Shown: piece by piece, positions 9,557 through 21,046 of the stretch
Layout of the letters: the number at the start of each line of letters is the position of its first letter
Numbering within the stretch: the first letter of the stretch is position 1
NCBI GenBank assembly: GCA_043775075.1
Contig: JAYVSS010000230.1
Span: 1 to 47,182 of the forward strand
DNA: 47,182 bases
Direction of reading: 5' to 3'
Source of the DNA: Acidimicrobiia bacterium
Lineage (GTDB): Bacteria; Actinomycetota; Acidimicrobiia; Acidimicrobiales; JANYDT01
Program-made: the position numbers and the translations under genes
The notes under the pieces: generated by a model
What the model was told of the DNA's origin: nothing
The model's database searches: none
The model's input: the letters and a program-made list of their open reading frames with translations, nothing else

Positions 9557-9813
9557 GTCATCCACAATGCTCGTACCGCTGGCATGCTCGGTCTGTTCGG
9601 CGCTGCCACGGACTCATCGGATTACTCCTCTTCGGGACACAGATCATTCTGTATTCATTGGAAGTCGCCGTTGTTCGAGTACAGCCGCTCTGGCCCCGGT
9701 CCCTCGTGCAGCCACCCCTCACCACCGCAGACATCGCCTTGCTCAAAGTCATGGCCAAGCAAGAAGAACGGCGCGTCGAAGAGCACATAACGACAACCTT
9801 CGACGAAGAATGA
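9557..9813 (+). pseudogene. 3' remnant of a YihY/BrkB-family membrane protein gene
   Basis: VIHNA..MLGLFGAA in one frame continues after an apparent shift near 9607 as GLIGLLLFGTQIILYSLEVAVVRVQPLWPRSLVQPPLTTAD..QEERR, resembling actinobacterial YihY C-termini. Confidence 0.55.
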
Positions 9814-9893
9814 CGCACCTAGAAAACCTTCTTAGGGCAGCAGCGTTTCGGCGGAACCGATCGGCGTGGTCGTTACCTTCTCGCCAGGCGGCG

Positions 9894-10802
9894 TCACCGC
9901 CTGGCGATCTGGGTGCCTGCGGTTCCGGCGATCACTGCGGCCATGTCATCGAGGGATCCGATCGCCGCTGTCTTTCCGCTCGTCTTGGCAAAGAAGCAGG
10001 CGGCGGAAACCTTGGGGCCCATTGACCCCGCAGCGAAGTCTTCTGACTCCATCGCATCCACTGTGGTCGGCCCGAGGGGACGCGCAGCCGGGGTGCCGAA
10101 GTCAACCATCACGGCCGCAACGTCGGTAAGCAAAACCAGCAGATCGGCATGCAAGGCAACAGCCAACAGAGCGGCGACATGATCTTTATCAACAACGGCG
10201 TCCACACCGCGCAGCAAGCCGTTCTCTTCCACGACCGCACTACCGGCCCCACCGGCACAGATAACCGTCACACCGAGTTCAAGGAGGTCCTCAACGATGG
10301 ATGTTTCCACCACCCGGGCCGGGGCCGGGCTCGCCACTACGCGGCGCCACTTGTCGCCGTCGGCGGCCACGGTCCACCCGCGAGCTGACGCCAACTCCTT
10401 TGCTTCTGTTTCGCTGTAGACCCGACCAATGAGCTTGGTCGGAGTAGCGAAGGCCGAATCGTCGGCGTCGACGACGGTTTGGGTGATGATCGTTGCGATC
10501 CGGTCTCGCAAGCCCGCGTTGCCGATGGCTTGTTGCAGCCAGTAGCCGATGAAGCCGCCTGTTTCGGCGACCAGAACATCGAGCGGGTAGGTCCTCGTAA
10601 GACTGACATCGCTCTCGCGTTCCATCGCCAGCATGCCAACCTGGGGGCCGTTCCCGTGCACCATGACCAATTGAAAATCGTTGGCCACCTGGGCCAACCC
10701 GGGTGCCGCATCTCGAATATGTCCAAGCTGCACGGATACATCGGGCGACTCGCCACGCCGCAGCAACGCGTTGCCACCAAGGCCCACAACGATTCGTCTC
10801 AT
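9894..10802 (-). CDS. arcC: Carbamate kinase
   Basis: VVGLGGNALL, HGNGPQVG, WRRVVASP, VDKD and GSMGPKV motifs. Confidence 0.95.
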   Translation of the reverse strand: MRRIVVGLGGNALLRRGESPDVSVQLGHIRDAAPGLAQVANDFQLVMVHGNGPQVGMLAMERESDVSLTRTYPLDVLVAETGGFIGYWLQQAIGNAGLRDRIATIITQTVVDADDSAFATPTKLIGRVYSETEAKELASARGWTVAADGDKWRRVVASPAPARVVETSIVEDLLELGVTVICAGGAGSAVVEENGLLRGVDAVVDKDHVAALLAVALHADLLVLLTDVAAVMVDFGTPAARPLGPTTVDAMESEDFAAGSMGPKVSAACFFAKTSGKTAAIGSLDDMAAVIAGTAGTQIARR

Positions 10803-10805
10803 GGC

Positions 10806-11807
10806 TTAGTGGCCAAGGGTGGCGACCATGACGGCTTTGATGGTGTGCATACGATTCTCGGCTTGGTCGAACACGATGGAGGCGCTTGATTCGAAGACAT
10901 CCTCGGTGACTTCGAGTTCGCTGATGCCCAATTGATCGAACCGCTTCTCTCCTATGCCGGTTTCGCGGTTATGCATTGCCGGAAGGCAGTGCATAAAACG
11001 CACGTTTCGATTTCCGGTGGCTTTGAGAACCGCCGCATTCACCTGGTACGGCGTTAGGAGTTTGATTCGCTCCGGCCATGTGTCGGCCGGCTCACCCATC
11101 GATACCCAAACGTCGGTGTAGAGGTAGTCCGCGCCGCGCACCGCACTATCGATGTCTCCGGTGATCAGAATGCGGGCGCCGGTGTCCTCGGCGATCTTGG
11201 TCGCAGTGGCGCGCAACTCGGCATCGGGCCACAGGCTCTCAGGCGCACAGATGCGCACGTCCATGCCTAACAAGGCGCCGGTAACGAGCAGTGAGCGAGC
11301 GGTGTTGTTGTGCGCGTCACCGAGATAGCAGTACGAAATTTCGTTGAGATGTTTGTTGGAGTGCTCGAGCATGGTGAGCATGTCGGCCAGCATCTGAGTG
11401 GGGTGCCATTCGGTGGTCAGCCCGTTCCACACCGGCACGCCGGCGTAGGAACCGAGCGTCTCGACTATCTGCTGGCCGAACCCTCGGTACTCAATGCCGT
11501 CAAACATGCGGCCCAGCACCCTGGCGGTGTCTCTGATCGATTCTTTGAGGCCGATCTGTGATTCTCCAGGCCCGAGATAGGTCACGTGGGCCCCCTGATC
11601 ATGGGCCGCAACTTCGAACGCCGATCGGGTTCGGGTGGATGACTTTTCGAAGATAAGGGCGATGTTTCGACCGGTAAGTTTGGGCTGTTCGAACCCGCCC
11701 TGTTTGGCTGCTTTGAGGTGGGCGGCGAGGTCGATGAGATACCGCAATTCCGACGGGGTGAAATCAAGTTCTTTGAGGAAGTTTCGATGGCGAAGATTGG
11801 CGGCCAT
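10806..11807 (-). CDS. arcB: Ornithine carbamoyltransferase (catabolic context)
   Basis: STRTR, HPTQ, HCLP and QAENR motifs; ATG 11807 overlaps the arcA stop (TGATG). Confidence 0.95.
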   Translation of the reverse strand: MAANLRHRNFLKELDFTPSELRYLIDLAAHLKAAKQGGFEQPKLTGRNIALIFEKSSTRTRSAFEVAAHDQGAHVTYLGPGESQIGLKESIRDTARVLGRMFDGIEYRGFGQQIVETLGSYAGVPVWNGLTTEWHPTQMLADMLTMLEHSNKHLNEISYCYLGDAHNNTARSLLVTGALLGMDVRICAPESLWPDAELRATATKIAEDTGARILITGDIDSAVRGADYLYTDVWVSMGEPADTWPERIKLLTPYQVNAAVLKATGNRNVRFMHCLPAMHNRETGIGEKRFDQLGISELEVTEDVFESSASIVFDQAENRMHTIKAVMVATLGH

Positions 11808-13081
11808 CAGAACGCGTCCCGTTGAATCGGGCATGTCATGCAGCGAGGCCCGCCGCGGCCGCGGCCCAGTTCGCTGCCGCTCACACCGAGTACCTCAATG
11901 CCGTTCTTCATCAACATCTTGTTGGTGGCGACGTTCCTGTCCCAGCCCACGACAACACCGGGTGCGAGGGCGAGGAAGTTGGTTCCGTCATCCCATTGCT
12001 CACGTTGGGCGGCCCGTTCATCTTCATCGACGGCGAGCACTCTCACCTTGTCGATATCGAGTGCCTCGGCGATGGCCTTCCAGACATCACCGTTGCGCTT
12101 CACCTGAAGGTGATCGTCGTGCCGGGTTACCGTCCAAGAGCGGATCTCTTCGTTCAAGTACGGGTACACGATGAAGGTGTCTTTATCAATCATGGTCATG
12201 ACCGTGTCGAGGTGCATGAAAGCGTGAGACTTCGGCAACTCGACCACCACCACCCGCTTCGCCGCGTCAGCGCTGAAGAGTTCGGTGGCGAGCAGTTCAA
12301 TCGCCATCGGTGATGACCGCTCGCCCATGCCGATCAATACGGTTTCATTGCCGATGACGTGTACATCTCCACCTTCGAGTGATGCTGGCAGCAGATCGCG
12401 ATCTTCGCGTCCCAACCATACGTCGAATGTGGCGTCGGCAAAGAGGGGGTGATGGCGGTAGATGGCGCGGCTATTGATGGTTTCTCGCTGCCTCGCGACC
12501 TTGGCCATGGGGTTGATAGTGACCCCGCCGTAGACCCATGACACGTTGTCGCGCTGGAAGAGATGGTTGGGCAGTGGGGGGAGAACAAAGTCATTATCCG
12601 AGAGTGATGCCCACAACAAACTGTGCGGCTTCTTCGGGTGCAAATCGGCTTTGGTGATGCCCCCAATTAAATAGGTCGCCAGGGTGGCGCCATCGACGTC
12701 GTCGGCCATCTCTCGGATCTGGCCGACCAGAGAGGGGCCCACTCGTTCCTCGGTGCAGACTAAATCGAGCACCTCCTGACGACCCTGAGGCACGTCTAAA
12801 GCTTCGGCTAGGAGCCGCGCGAAGTAGTGGACCTGCACGCCGTGATCTCGCAAAACGCCGACGAACACATCGTGTTCTTCACCTGCGCGTGCCGCCCAGA
12901 GCACGTCATCGAACAGCATCGACTCGATGTTGTCCGGTGTCAGTCGCGTCAGTTCCAGGCCGGGTCGATGGACGATGGCCTGGCGCAGCGCTCCAGCTTC
13001 GGAGTGAACCCCCAGCACGGCTGTTTCGGCCGCGACCGCTTGTCTGCCGGACCTAGTGGAGTGAGTCGACTTCATGTTCAT
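11807..13081 (-). CDS. arcA: Arginine deiminase
   Basis: GVHSEAG, LFDD, FQRD, LEGGD, MHLDTV and [11 protein letters not shown] motifs. Confidence 0.96.
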   Translation of the reverse strand: MNMKSTHSTRSGRQAVAAETAVLGVHSEAGALRQAIVHRPGLELTRLTPDNIESMLFDDVLWAARAGEEHDVFVGVLRDHGVQVHYFARLLAEALDVPQGRQEVLDLVCTEERVGPSLVGQIREMADDVDGATLATYLIGGITKADLHPKKPHSLLWASLSDNDFVLPPLPNHLFQRDNVSWVYGGVTINPMAKVARQRETINSRAIYRHHPLFADATFDVWLGREDRDLLPASLEGGDVHVIGNETVLIGMGERSSPMAIELLATELFSADAAKRVVVVELPKSHAFMHLDTVMTMIDKDTFIVYPYLNEEIRSWTVTRHDDHLQVKRNGDVWKAIAEALDIDKVRVLAVDEDERAAQREQWDDGTNFLALAPGVVVGWDRNVATNKMLMKNGIEVLGVSGSELGRGRGGPRCMTCPIQRDAF

Positions 13082-14481
13082 GCGTGCGCTCCTTGTGCGG
13101 CAACCAACATGTCTTCGGCTTGATCCACTGGTTCAGGTACCAGCCCGAGTCGTTCTTTGCGGGCCTTGAGGAAGCCGTAGAGGGGCAGCCCGACCATCAC
13201 GATCAAGATGGCCTGATAAACCGCCTGATACCCGGCGGCGAAGGTGACCCACAGCGAAAACAAGAGACCAGTACAGGCGATGGCCACATCTCGGGCGAAC
13301 GCCCAGCCCTGTATCTTTCGGCGGCGAGAAACGAGAAATGCGAACTGTGCGCACGCTGACATGAAATACGGGATCGCCACGGTCACGACGGACAGTGCAA
13401 CCAGATAGGTGAACACCTTCAGCCCTGTGTTGCCGCTGTAACTCCAGCCCATCAGCGCCGACGCCAGTCCGGTGGAAACCAAGATCCCAAACCACGGCGT
13501 GCCGCGACGGTCGACCTTGGCGAAAGACTGCTGAAAGAGTCCGTCCTTGGCTGCCGCCAAAGGCATTTCGGCGGACAGTAGCGTCCAGCCGTTGAGGGCG
13601 CCGATGCCCGACACCACGGCCGTACCGGCGATCAGTTTTCCCACCCACCCGGCCGTACCAAGGATCGCTTGAAACGCAGGAACGAAGGGCGCTCCGTTGC
13701 CGACCAACGCGTCGTGAGGAACCAGTCCCATGACCACAGCGGTCACTAGCAGGTACAGCACCCCGCATGCCGCCGTGCCGTACACCGCAGCTCGGCCGAC
13801 GTTGCGGCGAGGATTGCGCACCTTGGCCGCCACGATCGAAGAGGCCTCCACGCCGATGAACGAAAAGAGCGCCACCCCGGCGGCGATTCCGACGCCGCTA
13901 TACAGACTTCCGCCGGTCGCATTGAAGGGCCCGAAGTTGGCCGTCTTCACCCAGAACCAGCCAATGATCGCAATGATGGCGAGCGGAAGGAACTTCAAGG
14001 CGACGGTGACGTTCTGAAACCAGGCCACGTTTCGAACACCGGCCAAATTGATAATCGCCGGAATCCAGAGGCCGACCATGGCGATCCCGAAACTGGTGAG
14101 CGCAGGCGGGTTCTTGAGTCCAAGAAACGACTGGACGTACAGTACCCAGGAGGCCACAATCGCCGCGTTCCCAGCCCAGCACTGCACCCAGTAACACCAC
14201 GCAACGACATAGCCGGCGAAGTCTCCAAACTCATGTCGAGTGTATGCATACAATCCGCCGTCGGAATTCGGGACGCGCTTCGTGAGTTGACCGAACAAGG
14301 CTCCTAACAACACGGCGCCTATGGTGATTACCGCCAGCGTCACGAGGGAACTCGTGCCTGCGCCAGCCATCACGGCGGGCATGGTGAAGACGCCCGTACC
14401 GATAATGCTGCCGATCACCAACGCTGTCGCCGAGGGCAGCCCCAACGTTCCGTCGTTTGCGATGTCCGCCGGCTTGTCCAT
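13078..14481 (-). CDS. arcD: APC-family amino acid permease, probable arginine/ornithine antiporter
   Basis: [15 protein letters not shown] and FSFIGVE motifs; about 12 hydrophobic segments; coupled to arcA (ATGA) and to the upstream gene (TGATG at 14481). Confidence 0.8.
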   Translation of the reverse strand: MDKPADIANDGTLGLPSATALVIGSIIGTGVFTMPAVMAGAGTSSLVTLAVITIGAVLLGALFGQLTKRVPNSDGGLYAYTRHEFGDFAGYVVAWCYWVQCWAGNAAIVASWVLYVQSFLGLKNPPALTSFGIAMVGLWIPAIINLAGVRNVAWFQNVTVALKFLPLAIIAIIGWFWVKTANFGPFNATGGSLYSGVGIAAGVALFSFIGVEASSIVAAKVRNPRRNVGRAAVYGTAACGVLYLLVTAVVMGLVPHDALVGNGAPFVPAFQAILGTAGWVGKLIAGTAVVSGIGALNGWTLLSAEMPLAAAKDGLFQQSFAKVDRRGTPWFGILVSTGLASALMGWSYSGNTGLKVFTYLVALSVVTVAIPYFMSACAQFAFLVSRRRKIQGWAFARDVAIACTGLLFSLWVTFAAGYQAVYQAILIVMVGLPLYGFLKARKERLGLVPEPVDQAEDMLVAAQGAHA

Positions 14482-15248
14482 CAGTCGTACACCGGCGGAG
14501 TAATCGACACGCTCTCGGGAACGATCGACTGTTCCCAAAGCTCACGCAGATGATGTTTCAACGTCTTCTGGACATCGGCGTCCTCTTCCGGCACGAACCG
14601 CCGCAACACGCCGATGACTTCGGGAACCAAGATCGCTGCGTCGTCAACCGTTACCCCACCTCGCAAGGCCGCATCGGCGTCGAGGGCAAGTTCAGTTTTC
14701 CAGCGTGTTGTCGCTGAACCAATCACGCGACGAGGAGTGAGCAGAGCAACGACATCTGCGGGCAGGTGAGCGATCACATGGGCGCGTTCGTCATTGGGGA
14801 TTTGCTCAATCACCGCGCTCAGCGTGCCTTGGGCGGCCATCGCGCCAGCGGGTCCGACGATCCCAATGCTTCCGCCGCACCCAATGAGCGCAGCGTACAT
14901 AGGAGAGTGCTCAGGGCTGGTTTGCGATGGGCGATGGTCTCCGGACAGGAGCCCAATGTGAAGGTGGGACTGCAGACTGTCGACGTCCGGTATCGCCGCT
15001 ACGGACTCTTCAATGCGTTGCGCGTCGGCCTCGCTGCCCACCACTCCGTGCAGCAATATCGTTCGCCCTTCGGCCATGGCATGGATGCGCGGCAGATCGA
15101 GTTCTTTGATCAGTGGACCGATGACCGTCCGCACGTAATCGGCAAGTGCAGTGTCCTCTCGCTGCTCCCGAGAAGGCGCAATTACGGTGATTGTGAACGT
15201 TTCCCAATTTGTTATGAAAAGCAGTGGGTGAGTCATCTGGGCACTCAT
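14481..15248 (-). CDS. BON domain + DUF2267-like protein
   Basis: DTALADYVR..IHAMAEGRTILLHGVVGSEADAQRIEESVAAIPDVDSLQSHL is BON-like; ERAHVIAHLP and DVQKTLKHHLRELW are DUF2267-like. Confidence 0.7.
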   Translation of the reverse strand: MSAQMTHPLLFITNWETFTITVIAPSREQREDTALADYVRTVIGPLIKELDLPRIHAMAEGRTILLHGVVGSEADAQRIEESVAAIPDVDSLQSHLHIGLLSGDHRPSQTSPEHSPMYAALIGCGGSIGIVGPAGAMAAQGTLSAVIEQIPNDERAHVIAHLPADVVALLTPRRVIGSATTRWKTELALDADAALRGGVTVDDAAILVPEVIGVLRRFVPEEDADVQKTLKHHLRELWEQSIVPESVSITPPVYD

Positions 15249-15315
15249 GTGCACGCCAGCCGTTCGATCCGTTCTGTCATCTCTCCATTGTCGCTGTAAG
15301 CGGTAAAAAGACGAA

Positions 15316-15330
15316 AGGGCCAATGGTCCT
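15316..15330 (-). promoter_or_regulatory. DosR/DevR-like box upstream of the arc operon
   Basis: AGGACCATTGGCCCT (minus strand) resembles the GGGAC-N4-G-N-CCC Dev box. It is centred about 43 nt upstream of a start at 15280 predicted from the -10-like GACAAT (15292-15287). Confidence 0.5.
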
Positions 15331-15511
15331 GATCTACTCGTCCAACGTGAACAGCGAGCGTCGGAAGAGTCAGTGTGTGGCCTGATGGCGGCGGTGAAGT
15401 CGGCGGGGACAAGATAATCGACCGGATGCTGGGTCATCGGTCGGGCGAGGCCCTGACGAGAGAAGTAGGCGGACAGATTCTTTACCCGTCGATGATCGAT
15501 GGTGGCATCGG

Positions 15512-15537
15512 GTTTTGACCTCCCCAGCTTGGGGTAG
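15512..15537 (+). promoter_or_regulatory. SigB/SigF-type promoter
   Basis: (G)GTTT-N16-GGGTAG; no long ORF directly downstream. Confidence 0.5.
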
Positions 15538-15689
15538 GCCGAAAAGTTGCGAGCATGTCCGCGTTTCGCCACCCCGTCGCTAGTGAGCGGGGTTGGCGCC
15601 GCACGGAGGACCGGAGCCATGAGTTGGTTCGCGCGCCGGATGGCCGCCACAGTCACAGTGACCTAATGACACGGAACGGGGTCACTCGT

Positions 15690-15715
15690 GTTTGGCTTCA
15701 ACTGGTAGCGGGTAG
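15690..15715 (+). promoter_or_regulatory. SigB/SigF-type promoter
   Basis: GTTT-N16-GGGTAG upstream of the HAD-IIB gene. Confidence 0.6.
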
Positions 15716-15784
15716 CTCCTGGATGACCAAGGAATTTGCGCACCCGCGCCATTGCCTCAGAATGAATCCGATCAGAGTCGCTCT

Positions 15785-16543
15785 ATGACGAAAAAACTAG
15801 TCATTTTTGATTTGGACGGCACATTGGCCGAGAGCAAGGAGGCAGTCGACGAAGAGATGGTCGCGTTGCTCGTTGGCCTCCTTGCGGTGGTACGCATAGC
15901 GGTGATTTCGGGCGGCGACTGGCCACAATTTGAGTCGCAACTATTGTCGAAGTTTTTGCCAAACACCGATCTTCAGCGGCTTACGTTGCTCCCCACGAGC
16001 GGCACAAAGATGTACTCATTTCAGAGGGAATGGGTCAAACAGTATTCTGATGATTTAACTGCGGACGAGCGATTTCAGACCTTGGCCGCACTCGATACTG
16101 CGCTTGAACGTTCCGGATTTGCTCTCGAGCGAACCTGGGGTCCGACGGTTGAGGATCGTGGCACGCAGATTACCTATTCGGCCCTCGGTCAACACGCCCC
16201 CATCGAGGCCAAGCAGGCGTGGGATCCCGACTACGTAAAGCGGCGGCGGGTGAAAGCCCTCCTCGATCCGATGCTTCCTGATATGTCGGTCCGCATCGGC
16301 GGTGCCACATCGGTGGATATCACCAAGCCAGGAATCGACAAGGCTTACGGCATCAGAAAACTTGCGACGCTTCTCCATATTGACAAACGCGACATGCTGT
16401 TTCTTGGTGACGCACTCTTTCCCGGAGGCAACGATGCACCTGTTCGAGACAGCGGAGTCGCTTCGATTCAAGTCCGCGACCCCAGCGAAACGAAGCGTGT
16501 GATCGAAACGGTCCTCGCGTGGGCCTCGACGGCGACGGAGTAG
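15785..16543 (+). CDS. HAD-IIB hydrolase, eukaryote-type phosphomannomutase-like
   Basis: [38 protein letters not shown] and [10 protein letters not shown] motifs. Confidence 0.85.
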   Translation: MTKKLVIFDLDGTLAESKEAVDEEMVALLVGLLAVVRIAVISGGDWPQFESQLLSKFLPNTDLQRLTLLPTSGTKMYSFQREWVKQYSDDLTADERFQTLAALDTALERSGFALERTWGPTVEDRGTQITYSALGQHAPIEAKQAWDPDYVKRRRVKALLDPMLPDMSVRIGGATSVDITKPGIDKAYGIRKLATLLHIDKRDMLFLGDALFPGGNDAPVRDSGVASIQVRDPSETKRVIETVLAWASTATE

Positions 16544-16573
16544 TGACGTTCCAGCGGCCATTTTTCGTCGCTG

Positions 16574-16600
16574 GGTTTCATTGATGCGGTCACAGGGTAT
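16574..16600 (+). promoter_or_regulatory. SigB/SigF-type promoter
   Basis: GGTTT-N16-GGGTAT, matching the mycobacterial SigF consensus, 10 nt before in-frame ATG 16611. Confidence 0.7.
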
Positions 16601-16610
16601 TGGCCTCTTC

Positions 16611-18641
16611 ATGGACCTTCTTAGAACGCGCGACTCGACGAAGAGTTCCGGTCGACCGGCGGAGGGCCGGTCGCCTGACCAGAAGAGCGGTGGGCCCCCG
16701 CCCTCGGGTCCCCCAGGATCAGAACGCCCGGCCAAGAGGATCAAGTGGCTTCCGGTCATCCTTGGCCTTCTTGTGGCCAACTGGGTCATCTCCGGCGCTA
16801 TCCGGGGTCCGCAACCGGCCCGGGTCGCCCTGCCGTATTCATCGTTTCTGGAGCAGCTCACCAAAAACAACGTGGCCACCCTGTCCTCTCGCGGAACAAC
16901 GATTCAAGGAGACCTTCGTTCGAAGATCACCTATCCGGCGAAGACGACGACAAACAAAGACCAGACCACGGCGACGAAGTTCCGCACCGAACGCCCAACG
17001 TTCGCCACCGATGATCTTCTCTCCAAGCTCGTGGCCAACAAGGTGGTGGTCGGCGCCAAGCCCGTCGACCAACCGGTGTCGTTCCTGGTCCAGCTCCTCA
17101 CCGGCTTCGGACCCACGTTGTTGTTTGTCGGGATCATGGTGTGGTTTCTGCGCAAAGGAATGGGCGGGATGGGCGGTCTCGGCGCAATCGGTCGGTCGAA
17201 GGCGGAACTCTACGTTCCTACATCGACCAAGACGACATTCGACGATGTGGCTGGGATCGATGAAGTGGTCGATGACATGCGCGAGATTGTCGACTTCCTC
17301 CGCAATCCAAAGAAGTATCAAGCGCTCGGTGGGATGATACCCAAGGGTGTACTTCTGACCGGACCGCCGGGGACAGGAAAGACGTTACTGGCACGCGCTC
17401 TGGCGGGCGAAGCCGATGTTCCGTTCTTCGCCGTCGCCGCGTCCGAGTTCATTGAGATGATTGTTGGGGTCGGAGCCAGCCGGGTTCGTGATCTCTTCGA
17501 TAAAGCACGGGCGGCGGCGCCCGCGATCATTTTTCTCGACGAGCTCGATGCGATTGGTCGAGCGCGTGGCGGAGCGATGTCGTTCGGCGGCCACGACGAG
17601 CGCGAGCAGACACTCAACCAGATCTTGACGGAGATGGACGGCTTCAGCGGTAACGAAGGGGTGATCGTGGTGGCGGCCACCAACCGTCCCGAGATTCTCG
17701 ACCCGGCACTCTTGCGACCGGGACGGTTCGATCGGCGCGTCGTCGTCAACGCTCCTGATGTGGTCGGCCGCGAGGCAATACTGCGCATTCACACTCGCAA
17801 GGTGCCATTGGCCGACGACGTCAATCTTCGGGTTATTGCCACGATTACGCCCGGTATGGTCGGGGCCGAACTTCGTAACCTGGTGAATGAGGCGGCACTC
17901 CTTGCGGCGCGACGCAACGAACCGACGGTCTCGAACGCCGATCTCACTGACGCCCTTGAACGCGTGCAGCTCGGGGCGGCCCGCCACATCATCATGACGC
18001 TTTCGGATCGGACCCAAACCGCAGTGCACGAGGCTGGTCACGCATTGATTGCGATGATGCTGCCGGGTGCCGATCCGGTCCGCAAAATTTCGATCATTCC
18101 CCGAGGGCGAGCTCTGGGCGTGACCTTTCAAAGTCCAGACGCTGACCGGTACGCAATGTCGGCTACGTATTTACGCGGACGGATCATCGGCGCCCTTGGT
18201 GGCCGAGTGGCCGAGCAACTCAAGTTTGGCGAAGTTACGACTGGAGCCGAGAGTGATCTTTCGGTGGCCACCTCAATTGCCCGACAAATGATTGGACGTT
18301 GGGGAATGTCCGAAGCGATTGGGCCGGTCAGCGTTGAAGTGAATTCTGGTGAGGACAGCTATGCCATGCCCTTCGCAAATAGCGGCCCGTCCGAACAGAT
18401 ACGCGCACTTATTGATGTCGAAACCCGTCGACTGCTGGACTCCTGCGAAGTGGAAGCAAGCGCGCTTATCAAGGCTCATGAAGACAAGCTGGATTCCCTC
18501 GTTAAGGCTCTCCTGGAAAACGAAACGCTGAATGAAGTTGATGCGTATCGCATCGCCAACGTTGACCATGTCATTGCCCGGGAGACCGCATTCGCCCCAC
18601 CGGCTCCTGGAACGATCGTCACCGGGCCTTCGCTCCAGTGA
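16611..18641 (+). CDS. ftsH: ATP-dependent zinc metalloprotease FtsH (accessory paralogue)
   Basis: Two N-terminal TM segments; [26 protein letters not shown] and HEAGH motifs. Confidence 0.95.
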   Translation: MDLLRTRDSTKSSGRPAEGRSPDQKSGGPPPSGPPGSERPAKRIKWLPVILGLLVANWVISGAIRGPQPARVALPYSSFLEQLTKNNVATLSSRGTTIQGDLRSKITYPAKTTTNKDQTTATKFRTERPTFATDDLLSKLVANKVVVGAKPVDQPVSFLVQLLTGFGPTLLFVGIMVWFLRKGMGGMGGLGAIGRSKAELYVPTSTKTTFDDVAGIDEVVDDMREIVDFLRNPKKYQALGGMIPKGVLLTGPPGTGKTLLARALAGEADVPFFAVAASEFIEMIVGVGASRVRDLFDKARAAAPAIIFLDELDAIGRARGGAMSFGGHDEREQTLNQILTEMDGFSGNEGVIVVAATNRPEILDPALLRPGRFDRRVVVNAPDVVGREAILRIHTRKVPLADDVNLRVIATITPGMVGAELRNLVNEAALLAARRNEPTVSNADLTDALERVQLGAARHIIMTLSDRTQTAVHEAGHALIAMMLPGADPVRKISIIPRGRALGVTFQSPDADRYAMSATYLRGRIIGALGGRVAEQLKFGEVTTGAESDLSVATSIARQMIGRWGMSEAIGPVSVEVNSGEDSYAMPFANSGPSEQIRALIDVETRRLLDSCEVEASALIKAHEDKLDSLVKALLENETLNEVDAYRIANVDHVIARETAFAPPAPGTIVTGPSLQ

Positions 18642-21046
18642 CTGGCATCGCCACAACTGACGAGACAATCCCGGCGAAGAACGACGAAATCAACGGAGCG
18701 TGCCCACTCGCCGGTTTGACTGCGGCGGAGGCGGCTCAACGCCTGGCGGCCGGTGAAGGCAACCAGCCAACGACTGGACACGGGCGCAGTGTCGGACAAA
18801 TCGTTCGAGCGAACGTGTTCACCCGATTCAACGCCATTCTCGGTGCACTCTTGGCGGTCATCCTGGTGTTGGGTCCGGCGGCTGACGGACTCTTCGGTGT
18901 CATCCTGGTGGCAAACGCGCTCATCGGGATCGTGCAAGAGGTGTTGGCGAAGCGAACGTCGGATCGTCTTTCCGTTATCACCGCAGTCAAGGTTCAGGTA
19001 CTTCGTGATGGTGAGCAGATCGATATCGATACGGTTGCCGTCGTCCGGGGTGACCTTGTCGGTCTTCGCGCTGGAGGGCAGGTGGTCGCCGACGGCACCG
19101 TGGAAGAGAGCGATGGCTTAGAAATCGACGAATCGCTCCTCACCGGAGAGGCCGACGCGCAAACCAAAGAAGTCGGTAGCGAACTGAAATCAGGCAGCTT
19201 TGTCACCGCTGGAACCGGTTGGTTCCGGGCCGAACGCGTGGGGGACGACTCGTTCGCCAACGCCCTGTCGGCCCAAGTTCGCGACTTTGTTCCGGTACGG
19301 TCCGAACTTCGGGCGGCGACCGACGCAGTGCTCCGAATTGTCACGTGGGCGATCGGTCCGATCGCTGCCGCGCTGTTGGTCGGCCAACGACTCGCCGGAC
19401 TGAGTTGGAGACGAGCGCTCTTCGGTGCGGCCACCGGGGTTGTCGAAATCGTTCCCGAAGGCTTTGTTCTGCTGACGTCCATGACATTGGCGGCGAGCGT
19501 GATTCGGCTCGGGCGTATGGGCGTCCTGGTCAAAGAACTGGCGGCGGTGGAGGGTCTTGCTCGCGTGGACACCATGTGCTTTGACAAGACAGGAACGCTG
19601 ACTGAGGGCGCCCCGGTGGTCGACGAAATCGTCGTGCAGGGAGATGCGTCGGAGCCGGCTGTCCAGGGAGTGCTCTGCGCACTTACCAAGGGGGCGAGCA
19701 ATGCCACTGGCGCAGCCATCCAATCATTCCTGAAAACGAAGGAAGGGACGGCCACGGAAGGCGAACTGGTGCCGTTTTCGTCGCTGCGTAAATGGGCGGC
19801 GATTACCACCACTGGAGAGAGCTCCACGACGTGGATCATGGGAGCACCGGAGATCGTTATGGCCAACGAGACACCCGCCAACGATGTCCTGTTCGCCCGC
19901 GTGGCCGATCAAACGAAGCGAGGAAAGCGAGTTCTGTTGCTGGCCTCGACTTCATCAGTTCTACCCGAAGAAGGACTCCCCGGAGGTCTGCAGGCGGCTG
20001 CGCTTATAACCCTCCATGAACAGCTTCGAAAGGATGCCGAGAAGACGCTGGCGTACTTTGCCGAACAAAGCGTGGAGGTGAAAATCATTTCCGGGGACAA
20101 CCCCACGACCGTCGCCGCCCTCGCCACCGCGGCCGGCATGCCCGGACTCGACGCCGGCGGTGCCATCGTCGATGCGCGAGAACTGCAAACCGACGACGCA
20201 CTTCGAAACGCCATCGGTGCGGCGCGAGTGATCGGCCGCACCAGCCCCCAACAGAAGAATGCGATGGTGGATGCTTTGCAGACAATGAAGCGCACGGTCG
20301 CAATGACCGGAGATGGCGTTAACGACGCCTTGGCACTGAAATCGGCTGACCTCGGCATCGCTATGGGTTCCGGAAGCGAGGCCACCAAGGCGGTGGCCCA
20401 ACTCATCCTCGTGGACGGAGGCTTCGCTGCGCTGCCGGGGGTTGTCGCCGAGGGGCGTCGGGTCATTGCCAACGTGGAGCGCGTCGCCAAATTGTTTATT
20501 ACGAAGACGGTGTACGCCGCGGCGATCGCCGTGTTGTCAGGAATCTTCCGCCTTCCGTTTCCGTTCCTCCCCCGACAACTCACACTCGTAAGCGCGCTGA
20601 CGATCGGTGGTCCCGGGTTTTTCCTTGCTCTCGCTCCCGATGCGCCGAGAACACCACCGGGCTTCATGCGGCGAGTTGTTGTCTTCGCCATTCCGGCTGG
20701 GCTGGTTGCTGCCGCGGCAACGTTCGGGACCTATGCACTAGCGCTGTTGGGCGAAAAGGTGTCGACCGCTCAGGCGAGATCGGCGGCCACTTTGGCGCTG
20801 GGGCTTATCGGTTTTTGGGTGGTCGACGTGTTGGCTCGGACCCTTCCGCGATGGCGTTTTCTTTTACTCGCAGCCATCCTGATCGTCGGTGTCGGGTCGG
20901 TGGCCGTAGCTCCGATCCGCGACTTCTGGAAACTGGATTTCCCTCCGCTGATAGTGACCGGTGCCGCAGCAGGACTGGCATTCGTGGCTATTGCCTTAAT
21001 CGAAATTGGTTGGCGGATCGGCACGCGATTCCGCCAACTCACGTAA
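18638..21046 (+). CDS. Cation-transporting P-type ATPase (CtpE-like)
   Basis: [25 protein letters not shown] and TGDGVND motifs; GTGA overlap with ftsH. Confidence 0.88.
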   Translation: MTGIATTDETIPAKNDEINGACPLAGLTAAEAAQRLAAGEGNQPTTGHGRSVGQIVRANVFTRFNAILGALLAVILVLGPAADGLFGVILVANALIGIVQEVLAKRTSDRLSVITAVKVQVLRDGEQIDIDTVAVVRGDLVGLRAGGQVVADGTVEESDGLEIDESLLTGEADAQTKEVGSELKSGSFVTAGTGWFRAERVGDDSFANALSAQVRDFVPVRSELRAATDAVLRIVTWAIGPIAAALLVGQRLAGLSWRRALFGAATGVVEIVPEGFVLLTSMTLAASVIRLGRMGVLVKELAAVEGLARVDTMCFDKTGTLTEGAPVVDEIVVQGDASEPAVQGVLCALTKGASNATGAAIQSFLKTKEGTATEGELVPFSSLRKWAAITTTGESSTTWIMGAPEIVMANETPANDVLFARVADQTKRGKRVLLLASTSSVLPEEGLPGGLQAAALITLHEQLRKDAEKTLAYFAEQSVEVKIISGDNPTTVAALATAAGMPGLDAGGAIVDARELQTDDALRNAIGAARVIGRTSPQQKNAMVDALQTMKRTVAMTGDGVNDALALKSADLGIAMGSGSEATKAVAQLILVDGGFAALPGVVAEGRRVIANVERVAKLFITKTVYAAAIAVLSGIFRLPFPFLPRQLTLVSALTIGGPGFFLALAPDAPRTPPGFMRRVVVFAIPAGLVAAAATFGTYALALLGEKVSTAQARSAATLALGLIGFWVVDVLARTLPRWRFLLLAAILIVGVGSVAVAPIRDFWKLDFPPLIVTGAAAGLAFVAIALIEIGWRIGTRFRQLT

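Noticed and set aside
15482-15509. Minus-strand GGGTAA as a SigB/F promoter for the arc operon
   Set aside because: No GTTT-like -35 at 16 nt spacing, and it lies about 230 nt from the first gene.
15249-15656. N-terminal extension of the 391-aa ORF
   Set aside because: The translation is not protein-like and crosses promoter motifs; recognisable domains start after 15248.
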